This document shows, piece by piece, positions 1-10,552 of a DNA stretch of 64,000 nucleotides. The first letter of the stretch is position 1. Each line of letters begins with the position of its first letter. Made by a program: the position numbers and the translations under genes. Under the pieces are notes generated by a model. The model ran no database searches, was not told the DNA's origin, and saw only the letters and a list, made by a program, of their open reading frames with translations. Source of the stretch: Spirochaetia bacterium (GTDB lineage Bacteria > Spirochaetota > Spirochaetia > SZUA-6 > Bin103); contig CBDBDQ010000005.1 in NCBI GenBank assembly GCA_965203905.1, forward strand, positions 3,424,001 to 3,488,000, in the 5' to 3' direction.

Positions 1-1492
1 CCTTCCCCAGCTCCGCCTCCGACCGGAACACGTAATAGTCCGCGATACTCAGATAGGCGGCCAGGAATCCCTGGATGACCTTCTCTCCGGCGATGTAGTC
101 GCGAATCCCCGTCTGCGCCGCGATCGCCTCGCTCAGGAACTCCAGCACCGGCCGCCACTCGCCCTCGTTGGCCATCCCCAGCATCAATTGCTCGAACCGG
201 TGCAGGTCGACCTTGAACACCCCTACGTCCTGGTAGCCGTCGCGCAGGTAGCCGTACATCAGCCGCTTCACCGTCTGGTTCGGGATCGCCAGCGTCGGCG
301 TCACGCCCTGCGCGTCGCGGATGCTCAGCAGCCCGAAGTAGTGCAGCAGGGACAGGAAGTTCTCCCGCTCGGCGAGCCGCCCCAGCGGAAAGCTCGGCTG
401 GAGGCGGGCGTCAGCCTGCTCCTCACCGATGATCTTTCGCAGCAGGTCGAAGTTGCCGTTCAACTGCCGGCCCACCACCAGCAGGTGGCGCAGCTTGCCG
501 TAGTCGATGCGCACGTTGGTGTCGATCAGGTACGTCGGCACGCGCCGGTTCGGGATCGATTGGTCCAGGTAGTAGAGCACCATGTCGGTGTTGTAGAGGT
601 CGGTGTCGGCCTCCTCCGCGAACCGGTAGCCGTTGTACCACTGGCCCATGATGCCCATCGCGGTGTCGACGCCCTGATTGAACACGCCGAGGTCCTGGTA
701 GGTTTCGACCAGGCGCCGCACCTCCGCCTCGGTGAAGCCGACCATCTCGTTGAAGTCGGTGTGCAGGCTGATGTTCTTGCCGATGTTGAAGCCGCTGGTG
801 ACGTCGTCCATGGTCACCGGCGACACGCCGGTGATGAACAGGCGGTCGATGCCGCCGCCGCTGCGGTCGGTGCCACCCTTGAGGGTGGCGAAGAAGCTGC
901 GGAAGAAGCCGCCGCCGTGGGTGAAGGCGTGGTACGCCTCGGCGCCGTGGTGCGCCAGCACCGTGTTGGCGAAGTTGTCGTACTCGTCGATCAGCACGTA
1001 CAGCGGAATGCCGTGGTCGCCGACGTAGCGGAACAGCTCTCCCAGCTTCTCGGTGATCGACGGCGGCGCGAGAATCTCTCCCAGCGCCGCTTCGGGAAAC
1101 AGGTCGGGATGCCGGCGCAGCGTCCCCCGCAGCTCCGTGTGGCAATGCCCCTCGAAGCGTTGCTCCAGGGTCTCCAGCTTGTCGCTGACCATCGAGAAGT
1201 TGAAGCGCAGGGTGACGTAGCGGCTGTGTTCCCCGGTCGGTCTCCGCCCGATGTCGGTGCCGGCAAAGGTGGCGTCGAAGTCGCCGGCCCAGAAGCGGTC
1301 GTAGTAGTTCTCCAGCAGCGACACCCACACGGTCTTGCCGAACCGCCGCGGGCGGATCAGGAAGGCGTAGTGCTCCTGCTCCAGACGCCGCAGGAAGCGG
1401 GTCTTGTCCACGTACAGCCACTGGTTCAGGCGGATGCGCCGGAAGTCGCCTTGGCCGTAGGGAATGTGCGGGTACGCGGGCGTCTCGTCCAC
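1..1492 (-). CDS. AAA-ATPase-like protein, probably with a C-terminal PD-(D/E)XK nuclease domain (3' end outside window)
   Basis: Manual translation from GTG 1492: HIPYGQGDFRRIR..YVDKT..RPRRFGKT (Walker A)..LIDEYD (Walker B)..LFITGVSP..WYNGYRF. Frame stays open to the window edge. Confidence 0.9.
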   Translation of the reverse strand, partial: MDETPAYPHIPYGQGDFRRIRLNQWLYVDKTRFLRRLEQEHYAFLIRPRRFGKTVWVSLLENYYDRFWAGDFDATFAGTDIGRRPTGEHSRYVTLRFNFSMVSDKLETLEQRFEGHCHTELRGTLRRHPDLFPEAALGEILAPPSITEKLGELFRYVGDHGIPLYVLIDEYDNFANTVLAHHGAEAYHAFTHGGGFFRSFFATLKGGTDRSGGGIDRLFITGVSPVTMDDVTSGFNIGKNISLHTDFNEMVGFTEAEVRRLVETYQDLGVFNQGVDTAMGIMGQWYNGYRFAEEADTDLYNTDMVLYYLDQSIPNRRVPTYLIDTNVRIDYGKLRHLLVVGRQLNGNFDLLRKIIGEEQADARLQPSFPLGRLAERENFLSLLHYFGLLSIRDAQGVTPTLAIPNQTVKRLMYGYLRDGYQDVGVFKVDLHRFEQLMLGMANEGEWRPVLEFLSEAIAAQTGIRDYIAGEKVIQGFLAAYLSIADYYVFRSEAELGK

Positions 1493-1633
1493 TTGCAGAC
1501 CGTGCCGCCGACACTCTATCGCCCGTGCGACGGCCCCTCAAGCTCAGGTCGGCTCTTTCACCGCCCGCGGTTGCCGAAACGTCCCGCTGCCTGCGCGCGA
1601 CATGGCGCTCGTGTAGTTCGACTCTCCGTGCTG

Positions 1634-1830
1634 CTACCAGCGTAGCGTCGACTGCACCGAGAGCGCATGCTCCGGCTGTGCGGCGGTGGACTCGCGGCGG
1701 GTCACCAGCTCGATCAGGACACTACTATCCGACAGGTCGCTGGCGTGGAACGTGTAGCCCAGCCGGTGTGTGCGTTCGTGCTCGGAGAGGCCGATGCCGG
1801 CCCACGGCACCCCGACACCACCGGCCAGCG
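1634..1830 (-). pseudogene. C-terminal remnant of a large surface or autotransporter-like beta-barrel protein
   Basis: Ends ..GLSEHERTHRLGYTF..IELVTRRESTAAQPEHALSVQSTLRW*, with alternating beta-strand pattern and terminal aromatic residue. No credible N-terminus. Confidence 0.45.
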
Positions 1831-1945
1831 CCTGCTGCTGCCGCCCGGCCCAGGCCTTGGAGCGGCCCTCGACTGGCGCTCCGTCCAACGTCACGGCAGG
1901 ACCTGGACACCTTGAACCAACCCGAGCCGCGGCGGCCCGCCGTCC

Positions 1946-2506
1946 TCAATCGGATCGCGGCATCTGGCGCAGGAACTCTCGGCACTTGGCTACCAGACGC
2001 AGCAGTCCCGGATCCGTGGTGATCGACTCGACATCCTCGAACGGCACCCACCTGAGTGCGAGGGACTCGGCCGTTACCGTGAAGGTCTCGGAGTGCCGCG
2101 CCTGGAGCAGGAAGCGGACGTCGTAGTGGTAGTGGGCAGGGCTGCGGCCGCGGGGGGTGGAGGGCCCGTGGATGTCGAGATCGATGATGTCTTCCAGCAG
2201 CGGAGTCACCGCGAGGCCCGACTCCTCGGCCGCCTCCCGGCACGCGACCGCCAGCGGATCCGGGTCGCCGTCGGCGTGGCCGCCGAGTTGCAGCCACCTG
2301 CCGACCTTGGCGTGGTGGGTCAGCAGCACGCGCGTCGCGGTGCGGTCGACCACCAGGGCCGAGCCGGTGACGTGACCGTCGTCCCAGCAGTCGCGCTCGA
2401 AGCAGCGCGGCTGGCGCAGCACGAAGCCGCGGAAGCGGGTCTGGTCCTCGTCGGGATAGCGCGCCTGGTAGCCGTCGAGCGCGGCGAGCAGCCGGTTGCG
2501 GTGCAG
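1946..2506 (-). CDS. NUDIX hydrolase
   Basis: Nudix box GGHADGDPDPLAVACREAAEESGL, plus GHVTGSALVV and HYHYDVRF. Frame extends upstream to CTG 2506 (LHRNRLLAAL); start uncertain. Confidence 0.88.
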   Translation of the reverse strand: MHRNRLLAALDGYQARYPDEDQTRFRGFVLRQPRCFERDCWDDGHVTGSALVVDRTATRVLLTHHAKVGRWLQLGGHADGDPDPLAVACREAAEESGLAVTPLLEDIIDLDIHGPSTPRGRSPAHYHYDVRFLLQARHSETFTVTAESLALRWVPFEDVESITTDPGLLRLVAKCREFLRQMPRSD

Positions 2507-2515
2507 GGCGCTTGC

Positions 2516-3325
2516 TCAGGCGGCGGCCGGGACCGCGCGGCCGTCGTGATCGAAAATCAACGGGAACGGCTGGCGCCGGTGCGAGCGGGTGGCGGCGTCC
2601 ATGTAGCAGACGCTGAAGGCGCGCCGCGGGATGGCGACGGCGTTGGTGCCCGAGCGGTGCAGGGTCCAGTTGTGCAGCAGCACCGCCTCGCCGGCAGCCA
2701 ACTCCAGGTGCAGGGGGCGGTGCGCCGGGTCCCCGGCGGTTATCAGCCGTTCCAGATCGGCCCGTTGCCCGTCACTGAGGAAGCCGGACCCGTTGCTGGG
2801 GTTCCGCAGGCGGCGATGCGAGCCGGGGATGATCTGCATGCAACCGTTGGCAATCGACGCGGGGTCGAGCGCGGTCCACACGGTGATCTGTGGATCGCGA
2901 TCCAGGTCGACCCAGCGGTCCTGGTGCCACCGCAGGTCGGTGCCGGCCCCGGCCGGCTTGTTCATGAACATGGCCCGGAAACAGGAAATCGCCCGGCCAG
3001 CGCCATGGATCCGGCGACACAGCTCGGCGAACAGCGGCCGCTGCAGGTAGGAACGGAACAACGGGTCCAGTTCCAGGTCCTGGATCTTGCGGTAGGCGAG
3101 GGTGGCGCCCTTGTGCCCGGCCGATGCTCCCCTCTTGTGCTGCGGCGGATTGGTCGCCGGGTCGAGTTGCATCAGCATGCGGTCGTAGGGCACCGGCGCG
3201 GTGCCGAGCATGATCTCGTCGATGCGGACGCGCAGCGCTTCCAGCTCCTCGTCGCCCAGCAGCTTGCCGAGGCGGAGACAGCCCCGGCGGCGAAACTCCT
3301 GCAAGCGAGCGTCGGTCAACAGCAC
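2516..3325 (-). CDS. Phytanoyl-CoA dioxygenase (PhyH) family Fe(II)/2-OG enzyme
   Basis: WHQD, TVWTALD, NGCMQIIPGSH, LHRSGTN and RRA motifs. Confidence 0.92.
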   Translation of the reverse strand: MLLTDARLQEFRRRGCLRLGKLLGDEELEALRVRIDEIMLGTAPVPYDRMLMQLDPATNPPQHKRGASAGHKGATLAYRKIQDLELDPLFRSYLQRPLFAELCRRIHGAGRAISCFRAMFMNKPAGAGTDLRWHQDRWVDLDRDPQITVWTALDPASIANGCMQIIPGSHRRLRNPSNGSGFLSDGQRADLERLITAGDPAHRPLHLELAAGEAVLLHNWTLHRSGTNAVAIPRRAFSVCYMDAATRSHRRQPFPLIFDHDGRAVPAAA

Positions 3326-3337
3326 GTGCGGCTCCCG

Positions 3338-4447
3338 TCAGTCGTCGCCCAGCATGAGCGCGCGGCACACCTGCGCCAGGCGCTCCAGCTCGTCGAGCGG
3401 CATCGACTCCTGGTTGGTGTGGATGTCCAGGTAGCCCACCGAGATCACCACGGTGGGCAGCCCCTTGGCGTTGAACTCGTTGGCATCGCTGCCGCCGCAG
3501 GTGGTCGAGCGCCAAGGCTCCAGCCCGGCGGCGCGGATCGCGGCCTCGGCTCGCCGCACCACCGCATCGTCCTCGGTGAAGCGATAGCCGGCGGTTGCCG
3601 TGACCGGCGTTACCTCTATCTCGCCGCCGAACTCCTCGGCGCCGCGGCGGCAGCACTCCAGCAGGTGCTCCCGGTGAGCGCGGAAAGTGGCTTCGTCGAG
3701 ACTGCGCGTCTGCACCGTCAGCTCGGCGCACGGTGGGATGATGTTGGCGGCCTCGCCGCCGGAAAGCACGCCGGCGTTGGCCGTGGTCTGCCCGTCGACG
3801 CGGCCCAGACGCATGCGGTCGATGGCACGCGCCGCCATCTGCAGGGCGCTGCGGCCCGTCTCCGGCTCGGTGCCGGCGTGTGCCGCGCGGCCGTTGAAGG
3901 TGACGCGGAACGTCTCCGCCCACGGGCCGGCGAGGATGACGCCGCCGACCGGGCCGTCCACGTCCGGCACGAACGCCATCCGCGAGCGCACGCCGGCCAC
4001 GTCGAACGCCTTGGAGCCGATGTGTCCGACGTCCTCGCCCACGGTGAACAGCAACTCGACCGGCGGATGAGGCAGACCCTCGGCCGCGATCGCTTCCACC
4101 GCCTCCACCATGGCCGCGACCGCCGCCTTGTCGTCCGCGCCCAGCACGCTGGAGCCGTCGGTGTGCACCGCGCCGTCACGGACCACCGGCTCCATGCCCG
4201 GCGTGGGGCGGACGGTGTCGGTGTGGGCGCAGAGCAGGATCGGTTCCCGGTCCGCCTTGGCACCAGAGCCCCGCCACCAGCCGAGCACGTTGCGATGCGG
4301 GTCGGCCTGCAGACGCACCCCCGCCCGCTGCAGCCTGGGCCGCAGCGCCTCGATTACCGGGTCCTCGTTGGGATGGTAGCTGTCGATCCGCAGGATCTCC
4401 AGGAAGGTGTCGAGCAGACGGGCGGAGTCGATCATGGTCCCGCTCAT
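3338..4447 (-). CDS. M20 family metallopeptidase (peptidase T-like)
   Basis: AHTDTV, LGADDKA, TVGED, GRAAHAG, GGSDAN and IHTNQE motifs. Confidence 0.92.
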   Translation of the reverse strand: MSGTMIDSARLLDTFLEILRIDSYHPNEDPVIEALRPRLQRAGVRLQADPHRNVLGWWRGSGAKADREPILLCAHTDTVRPTPGMEPVVRDGAVHTDGSSVLGADDKAAVAAMVEAVEAIAAEGLPHPPVELLFTVGEDVGHIGSKAFDVAGVRSRMAFVPDVDGPVGGVILAGPWAETFRVTFNGRAAHAGTEPETGRSALQMAARAIDRMRLGRVDGQTTANAGVLSGGEAANIIPPCAELTVQTRSLDEATFRAHREHLLECCRRGAEEFGGEIEVTPVTATAGYRFTEDDAVVRRAEAAIRAAGLEPWRSTTCGGSDANEFNAKGLPTVVISVGYLDIHTNQESMPLDELERLAQVCRALMLGDD

Positions 4448-4477
4448 CTTAGCGCAGCCGGGACGGAGAATTCACGC

Positions 4478-4879
4478 GTCGACGTGCCCGGCTTCGGCGC
4501 GCGACTGAATCTTGGCGCTGCGCTGATGGCGCACACCTGCAAACCGCGAGCGGACGACGAGATGTTCGCGGTGAACCGGCCCCGACCCGGCAACCTCGCC
4601 ATGCCGGCGTATGAACTGTGCATGGCGGCGGACAGCGCCACCGGCGGCGCGCAACTGCACCTGCAGGAGTGTTCCGATTCTACGTTGCAGCGGTTCGCGC
4701 ACCACATCGGTGGTCTGCTCGTGTTGTCCGGTACCGAGCTGTGCCTGGCGGTGGCGCCGGAAGCGGGTCGCCCGACGGGCGGGCCGAGCCACCTGCGGCG
4801 CGACCTGTCGCTGCAGCCGTGTAGCACGACGGAGCCGGAACTGACAGGCTGGCTGTTTCCCGGACCGGCGCCCGAGTGA
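4478..4879 (+). pseudogene. 5'-truncated ricin-type beta-trefoil lectin domain protein
   Basis: VDVPGFG..AHTCKP..ELCMAA..LHLQECSDSTLQRF..ELCLAV..LSLQPC: three cysteine-paired trefoil repeats. No start codon or RBS. Its first 38 codons recur at 26081. Confidence 0.6.
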
Positions 4880-4912
4880 CCCGATCCCTCGGCAGACAGG
4901 GCCGCAGCGTGC

Positions 4913-6379
4913 TCAGCGCAGCGTGTCGTCGCCGCCTGCCAACTCGTTGGTAAAGCAGTCGAGGAGCCGATCGACGCGGAGCCGGTCGGTACGCTCGGGA
5001 TCGTCCCACAGGCGCTCGATCGCCTCCGCACCGGCCGGGGTGAACCGGACGCCCACGCCGGCCGCGAACTTGGCTCGCAGCAACGGCAGTGCCTCGGTCC
5101 GGCGCCGGGGATGGCCCAGCGGGTATGCCACCTCCACGGGCGGCGTGGCAGAGCCGTCCTTGAACCGCACCTGTATCCGGTTGGCGATGGCACGCCTGGC
5201 CGGGTCCAGGTAGTCGCGGGTGAAGCGCGGCTCCTCGCGTACCGTGGTCAGGCGCCGCAGGCGTTCGATGCGGGGGTCGGCGGCGGCCGCGTCGCGGTAG
5301 TGCTCGCTGCGCAGCTCGCCGTGCAGCAGCGCCACCGCCACCATGTACTGCAGGCAGTGGTCGCGGTCCGCGGGAGAGGAGAGCGGCCCGCGCTTGTCGA
5401 TGATGCGCACCGCCGACTCCTGCGTGGAGACCTCCACCTTGGCCACCTCTTCCAGCCGCCCCGCCACTTGCGCGTGCAGGGCAAAGGCCGCGTCGACCGC
5501 GGTCTGGCCGTGGAACTCGGCCGGAAACGAGACCTTGAACAGCACGTTCTCCACCACGTAACTGCCCAGCGGCCGCGCCAGGCGCAGTTCACCACCGCGC
5601 AGCACCACGTCGTGGAAGCCCCAGCGCGGCGCGCTCAGCGCGGCCGGGTAGCCCATCTCGCCGCGCTGCACGAGGTAGGCCAGCCACAGGCCGCGACTGG
5701 TGGCGTCACCGGCGGCCCACGACTTGCGCGAGCCGGTGGTGGCGCCGTGCCGGTACGTGCGCAACGCGCCGCCGTCGAGGAACGCGTGCGACAGCGCCGC
5801 CACCACCCGCTCGGCGTCGCCGCCCAGCAGCCGGGCGGCGACCGCTGCACTCGCCACCCGTACCAGCAGCACGTGGTCCAGCCCGAGCCGGTTGAAGCTA
5901 TTCTCCAGGGCCAGCACGCCCTGGATCTCGTAGGCCTGGATCTGCGCGTGGAGCAGGTCGCGCACGGTCATGGCGCCGGTCGCACCGGCGCCCGTAGCGC
6001 CGGCCGGGGCGCGGCAACGAGCATCGGCAAGTGCCAGCAAGGCGCCCAGGTTGTCGGAGGGATGCCCCCACTCGGCGGCCAGCCAGGTGTCGTTGTAGTC
6101 CAGCCAGCGGATCATGGCGCCGATGTTGAACGCGGCGCTGACGGGATCGAGCCGCAGTCCGGTGCCCGGCACCCGCACCGGCCCGGACTGGCCGTCGGCA
6201 CCGGCCGGAGGTCCGAGGAGGAGGCGGCATTCGGGAGCCTCCAGGGCCAGCAAGGCACAGCCCAGCGAATCGAGCAGGCTCAGGCGTGCCGTGTCGTATG
6301 CGCGGTCGCCGAACGGCGGGGGCGTGGTGACGTAGTCGGCGATCCGCGCCAGGACCGGATCGGCCGCTGCCGGAGCCAT
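4913..6379 (-). CDS. prpD: 2-methylcitrate dehydratase
   Basis: RWLDYNDTWLAAEWGHPSDN, GSRKSWAAGDA and FKVSFPAEFHGQTA. Start overlaps the prpC stop. Confidence 0.96.
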   Translation of the reverse strand: MAPAAADPVLARIADYVTTPPPFGDRAYDTARLSLLDSLGCALLALEAPECRLLLGPPAGADGQSGPVRVPGTGLRLDPVSAAFNIGAMIRWLDYNDTWLAAEWGHPSDNLGALLALADARCRAPAGATGAGATGAMTVRDLLHAQIQAYEIQGVLALENSFNRLGLDHVLLVRVASAAVAARLLGGDAERVVAALSHAFLDGGALRTYRHGATTGSRKSWAAGDATSRGLWLAYLVQRGEMGYPAALSAPRWGFHDVVLRGGELRLARPLGSYVVENVLFKVSFPAEFHGQTAVDAAFALHAQVAGRLEEVAKVEVSTQESAVRIIDKRGPLSSPADRDHCLQYMVAVALLHGELRSEHYRDAAAADPRIERLRRLTTVREEPRFTRDYLDPARRAIANRIQVRFKDGSATPPVEVAYPLGHPRRRTEALPLLRAKFAAGVGVRFTPAGAEAIERLWDDPERTDRLRVDRLLDCFTNELAGGDDTLR

Positions 6380-7524
6380 CACTCCCCGGCGCTGCCGGAC
6401 AGAGTCCGCGGCAGTGGCCTGGGTTGCGGGCCGGTATAGTCCGCGGTCGGACGGATCAGGCGGTTGTTCGCGCGCTGCTCGAGGTAGTGGGCCGCCCACC
6501 CGGCCACGCGGCTGATCACGAACACCGGCGTGAACAGCGTGGTGGGTATGCCGCAGTTGTGGAACAGCAGGGCGCTGTAGAAGTCGAGATTGGGAAACAG
6601 TCCCTTCTCGCGCCGCATCACCGCCTCGATGCGCTGCGCTACCGCGTACTGCCGCCGCTGCTCGTCGGTGGTCGCCAGCCGCTGCGCCCACTGCTGCGCA
6701 ATCGGGCTGCGGGGATCACCATGCCGATAGACGCGATGTCCGAAGCCCATGACCAACTCGCGCCGCGCAAGCATCTCCAGCAGCTCCCGCTCCGCCTCGT
6801 CCGGGGTGCGGAAGCGGGCGATCAGCTCCATCGCCGCCTCGTTGGCACCGCCGTGCAGCGGCCCGCGCAACGCCGCGATGCCGGCGACGATCGCCGAGTG
6901 GAAGTCGCTCAGCGTCGACGCCACGACGCGCGCCGCGAAGGTTGAGGCGTTGAACTCGTGCTCGGCGTACAGGATCAGCGCCGCATCCAGGGCCGCGACC
7001 TGCTCGGCGTGGACGCCGGCGGGTCCGTGAAGCAGGTGCAGGAAGTGCGCCGCCAGCGTGCTCGCGCCGGAGTCGGTGTCCAGCCGCTCGCCCCGCTCCG
7101 CGAAGGCATGCTGGTACAGCAGCGCCCCCGGCAGCACGGCGAGCAGCGCGTCGGCCTGCTCGCGGAACGTGGCGGAGTCGCCGGCGGCGGCATCGCCAGC
7201 AGCCGCGGTGGCGCCGATGAAGGAGCAGGCGCTGCGCAGCACGTCCATCGGGTGGCAGCGGGCGGGCAGCAACTCCAGCATGGCGCGCGCGCCGGCGCTA
7301 AGCGTGCGCCCTGCGGCCAGCCGCCGCCGATACGCCGCCAACTCGCCGGTGGCGGGAAGCGCGCCATGAATCAGCAGGTAGGCGCACTCCTCGAAGCTCG
7401 CACGCTCCGCCAACTCCTCAATCGCGTAGCCGCGATAGGTCAGTCCGGCGCCGCTCTTGCCGACCGTGCTGACCGCGGTCTCGCCCGCCACCACGCCGGC
7501 CAGGCCGCCATCGCTCTTGCTCAT
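6379..7524 (-). CDS. prpC: 2-methylcitrate synthase
   Basis: GLAGVVAGETAV, YAEHEFNASTF, GPLHGGANE, MGFGHRVY and FPNLDF. Lies between prpB and prpD. Confidence 0.95.
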   Translation of the reverse strand: MSKSDGGLAGVVAGETAVSTVGKSGAGLTYRGYAIEELAERASFEECAYLLIHGALPATGELAAYRRRLAAGRTLSAGARAMLELLPARCHPMDVLRSACSFIGATAAAGDAAAGDSATFREQADALLAVLPGALLYQHAFAERGERLDTDSGASTLAAHFLHLLHGPAGVHAEQVAALDAALILYAEHEFNASTFAARVVASTLSDFHSAIVAGIAALRGPLHGGANEAAMELIARFRTPDEAERELLEMLARRELVMGFGHRVYRHGDPRSPIAQQWAQRLATTDEQRRQYAVAQRIEAVMRREKGLFPNLDFYSALLFHNCGIPTTLFTPVFVISRVAGWAAHYLEQRANNRLIRPTADYTGPQPRPLPRTLSGSAGE

Positions 7525-8471
7525 CGGGATTCTCCTTTACTCAACTCCCCGGTGTCGTCCGCCGGCCGGTGTTCCGACCGCACCGCGGGGCGGTCCGGGC
7601 CATGCCGGCGCTGCAGCAGCGCGTCCATCCGCCGCTCGTACGCCTCGTAGTCCAGTATGCGGTACAACTCGCTCCGGCGCTGCAGCTCGGCCAGCAGCGA
7701 CTGCTGCGTGCCCTCCGCCCTGAGCACCCGGTACGCCCGCTGCGCGGCGTGGCTCATGGCCCGGAACGCGGTGAGCGGGTACAACACCATGGACACGCCA
7801 TGCGCGCGCAACTCGGCCCGAGTGAACAGCGGGCTCACCCCGAATTCGGTCATGTTGGCGAGCACCGGCACGCCGACCGCGGCGGCGACGCGCGCATACT
7901 GGCTCAGCTCGCCCGCGGCCTCGAAGAAGATGGCATCGGCCCCCGCCGCCGCGTAGGCGCGGGCGCGCTCCACGGCCCGCTCCAGCCCCTCCACCGCCAG
8001 CGCGTCGGTGCGCGCCATGATCAGCAGGTCACCGCGACCGCGCGCCGCCACCGCCGCCCGGATGCGGTCCACCATCTCGGCACCGCTCACCAGCGCCTTG
8101 CCCAGCCGGTGGCCGCAGCGCTTGGCCGCCACCTGGTCTTCCAGGTGCACCCCGGCGGCACCGGCGTGCATCATCTCCTGCACCGTGCGCCCAATGCCCA
8201 GCCCGTCGCCGAAGCCGGTGTCCACGTCCACGAGGAGCGGCAGATCGGTCGCCGCCGTGATGCGACGGGTTTCCGCAACGACTTCCGAGAGCGTGGTCAT
8301 GGCGAGGTCCGGCAGGCCGAACGACGCGCTCGCCACGCCGCTGCCGGACAGGTAGAGCGCCCGGAATCCGGCGTCCTGCGCCAGCAGCGCGGCGTAGGCG
8401 TTGATCGCGCCGGCGATCTGCAGCGGCCGCTCCCGTTCCAGCGCCGCGAGCAGCCGGTTCGGACCGCTCAT
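7521..8471 (-). CDS. prpB: Methylisocitrate lyase
   Basis: YLSGSGVASASFGLPDL, LLVDVDTGFG, EDQVAAKRCGHR and LANMTEFG. Confidence 0.95.
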   Translation of the reverse strand: MSGPNRLLAALERERPLQIAGAINAYAALLAQDAGFRALYLSGSGVASASFGLPDLAMTTLSEVVAETRRITAATDLPLLVDVDTGFGDGLGIGRTVQEMMHAGAAGVHLEDQVAAKRCGHRLGKALVSGAEMVDRIRAAVAARGRGDLLIMARTDALAVEGLERAVERARAYAAAGADAIFFEAAGELSQYARVAAAVGVPVLANMTEFGVSPLFTRAELRAHGVSMVLYPLTAFRAMSHAAQRAYRVLRAEGTQQSLLAELQRRSELYRILDYEAYERRMDALLQRRHGPDRPAVRSEHRPADDTGELSKGESR

Positions 8472-9307
8472 CCCATGCCCAGCAACGCCAGCGAATCGCG
8501 CTCCAGCATCGCATCCACGAAGCGCGCCGGGATCTCCGGCAGGCCGGTACGCCGGGCCACGGCGACCGCGTCGCGCAGATATTGCACGCTGTCCTCCACC
8601 GTGCAGAACGGATAGTCGGTGCCGAACAGCACCTTGTCCCCCACGTCGTACTCCACCGCGGTCGCCAGGCTGACGTAGAAGCGCCAGCGACGGAAGCCGA
8701 ACCCGGACATGTCGCCGTACACGTTGCGGTGCTTGCGCATCACCATCACCGCATCGGTGTACCAGGGATGTCCCAGGTGGCAGATCACCATGCGCAGCCT
8801 GGGGTGGCGTTGCGCGACCTGGTCCAGCAACGCCGGCTTGGACCAGCGCAGCGGCGTTTCCGCGTAGAAATTGGTGCTCTGATGCCAGAAGATGGGAATG
8901 TCCAGCCGTTCGGCGGTGCGGTACAGAGGATCGTAGCGGGTGTCGGCGGGATTGAAGTTCTGGTAGGCGCCGCTGAGCTTGAGCGCGCGGAATCCGAGGT
9001 TCTCGACCGCGTGCCGGAGCTGGGCGCAGCACTCGGGATCGTGCGGGTCGACGCTGGCCACGCCGACCAGCTTGGCGGGATGCCGGCTGACGTAGGCGTG
9101 GACGTACTCGTTGGGCACCACCAAACCGACGTGGCGCATCATCATGGCGTAGACCGCGGCGCGATCCACCTGCGTGGCGACCGCCGCCCAGTGTGCCTCC
9201 GGCGGGCAGTCGAGGTCGGCGCGCGCACCGTAGGTCTCCTCGTACTGGCGCTTGGCCGTGGCGCTGAAGTGCCCGTCCTCCCAGATGTGGCTGTGGATGT
9301 CGATCAC
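8468..9307 (-). CDS. Amidohydrolase-2 family metal-dependent hydrolase/decarboxylase
   Basis: IDIHSH, FWHQ, ICHLGHPW and LFGTDYP. Stop overlaps the prpB start; start approximate. Confidence 0.88.
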   Translation of the reverse strand: MIDIHSHIWEDGHFSATAKRQYEETYGARADLDCPPEAHWAAVATQVDRAAVYAMMMRHVGLVVPNEYVHAYVSRHPAKLVGVASVDPHDPECCAQLRHAVENLGFRALKLSGAYQNFNPADTRYDPLYRTAERLDIPIFWHQSTNFYAETPLRWSKPALLDQVAQRHPRLRMVICHLGHPWYTDAVMVMRKHRNVYGDMSGFGFRRWRFYVSLATAVEYDVGDKVLFGTDYPFCTVEDSVQYLRDAVAVARRTGLPEIPARFVDAMLERDSLALLGMG

Positions 9308-9424
9308 CGGCAGCCCGCGGCCGCTACGCTGCCACGATAGCGACGCCACGTCAACGCATACGTACCAACGCAACGACAAGCTCGGGTTGCTGAACCGAGG
9401 AATCGCGTGGCTCGCTCGCGCGCT

Positions 9425-10552
9425 TCAATCGAGCTCGAAGTGGTAGCCGACCACGTATTGCACGAACGGCTCCGACTCGGTCCATTCATGGTGCACCATG
9501 AACAACGATCCGTCCGCCAACTGGATCGTTACCGGGTAGCCGATATGATAGAAGCTCGGCACCGTCGGCGGGGCCACGCCGCCCTCACAGACAACGACTT
9601 CGTTGGCCACATCCCAGCTCAATCCGTCGTCGGACAGGCAGGCTCTCACTCCCCACGGAGACCGTCTGTAGCTGTAGGTGGCGAGCATCCGACCGTCCCG
9701 CAGAAGCAGGAGATTGGCTGGATATCCCCAGATGTTGGTTGCCTCGGGTCGGCTCCACGACTCCCCTTCGCTGGTGGAGACCGCCAGCCACAGGTGCTGA
9801 TGTCGCCAGCGCGGCTGGTGGGCCGTGCGCATGAGGCAGACCAGGTGTCCGTCTCTGGTTCTCGCCATGCCCGGCTCCATGAACGAGACGATCCCCGCCG
9901 GGTCGAAGGCCACCGTCGAGTAGTGTTCCCAATTCTCGCCACGGTCGTCAGATCTGAGCACGTAGGAGCGCATGGGCTCGGCCGCCGACAGCGGCGTCAC
10001 GATCGGCAGGCCGAGCATCCCCTGGCACGCCATCAATAGAATGCCGCTCGGCAGCTCGACCAGGGTTTCCGGAGCGTATCCGATTCTCATCGGCTCCGTA
10101 TTGGCGCGGTATGGGGTGCTCCAGCTACGGCCGTGATCGACAGACTTGATGAGATAGATGCCCTCCCAGTCGCGCAATCCCTTCATGTTCTCCGACTGCC
10201 GCACCGACTGGGGCCCCAGATCCTCGAGGATTCCCCTCTTGCCGACGAACGCGCATATCAGGAAATGGACGTACATCGTGCCGTCGGAGAGGCAAGTTAT
10301 TGCGGGATCGGTAGTTCCGGTGTGATCGGTGCAGCGCCACGGCGTCGTCCTGGTCGCTGGGTCCCAGGTGCCGCCGCCGTCCGTGGAGCGAATGAGACCG
10401 AGACTTCCGAAATCCGAGTGAGTCCTGCCCCGGTCTTCCGTAAACGTTACCAGGAGGTCGCCGTTGCCCGCCTGGGCGACTCCCGCTTCGTACGTATAGC
10501 GCTCCAGATCCTGGTAGATGACCACCCTCTCAACGTTCCTGATTCGACCCAT
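9425..10552 (-). CDS. BNR/Asp-box (sialidase-like) beta-propeller hydrolase
   Basis: Repeated Asp boxes: [39 protein letters not shown]. Confidence 0.85.
   Translation of the reverse strand: MGRIRNVERVVIYQDLERYTYEAGVAQAGNGDLLVTFTEDRGRTHSDFGSLGLIRSTDGGGTWDPATRTTPWRCTDHTGTTDPAITCLSDGTMYVHFLICAFVGKRGILEDLGPQSVRQSENMKGLRDWEGIYLIKSVDHGRSWSTPYRANTEPMRIGYAPETLVELPSGILLMACQGMLGLPIVTPLSAAEPMRSYVLRSDDRGENWEHYSTVAFDPAGIVSFMEPGMARTRDGHLVCLMRTAHQPRWRHQHLWLAVSTSEGESWSRPEATNIWGYPANLLLLRDGRMLATYSYRRSPWGVRACLSDDGLSWDVANEVVVCEGGVAPPTVPSFYHIGYPVTIQLADGSLFMVHHEWTESEPFVQYVVGYHFELD

Noticed and set aside
188-1645. 485-aa plus-strand ORF and many similar long ORFs (e.g. most of 2093-4879, 39884-41992, 40506-43367, 36974-38797)
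   Set aside because: Shadow or alternative frames of real genes in high-GC DNA. They are Arg/Ala/Pro-rich or antisense-like and show no motifs.
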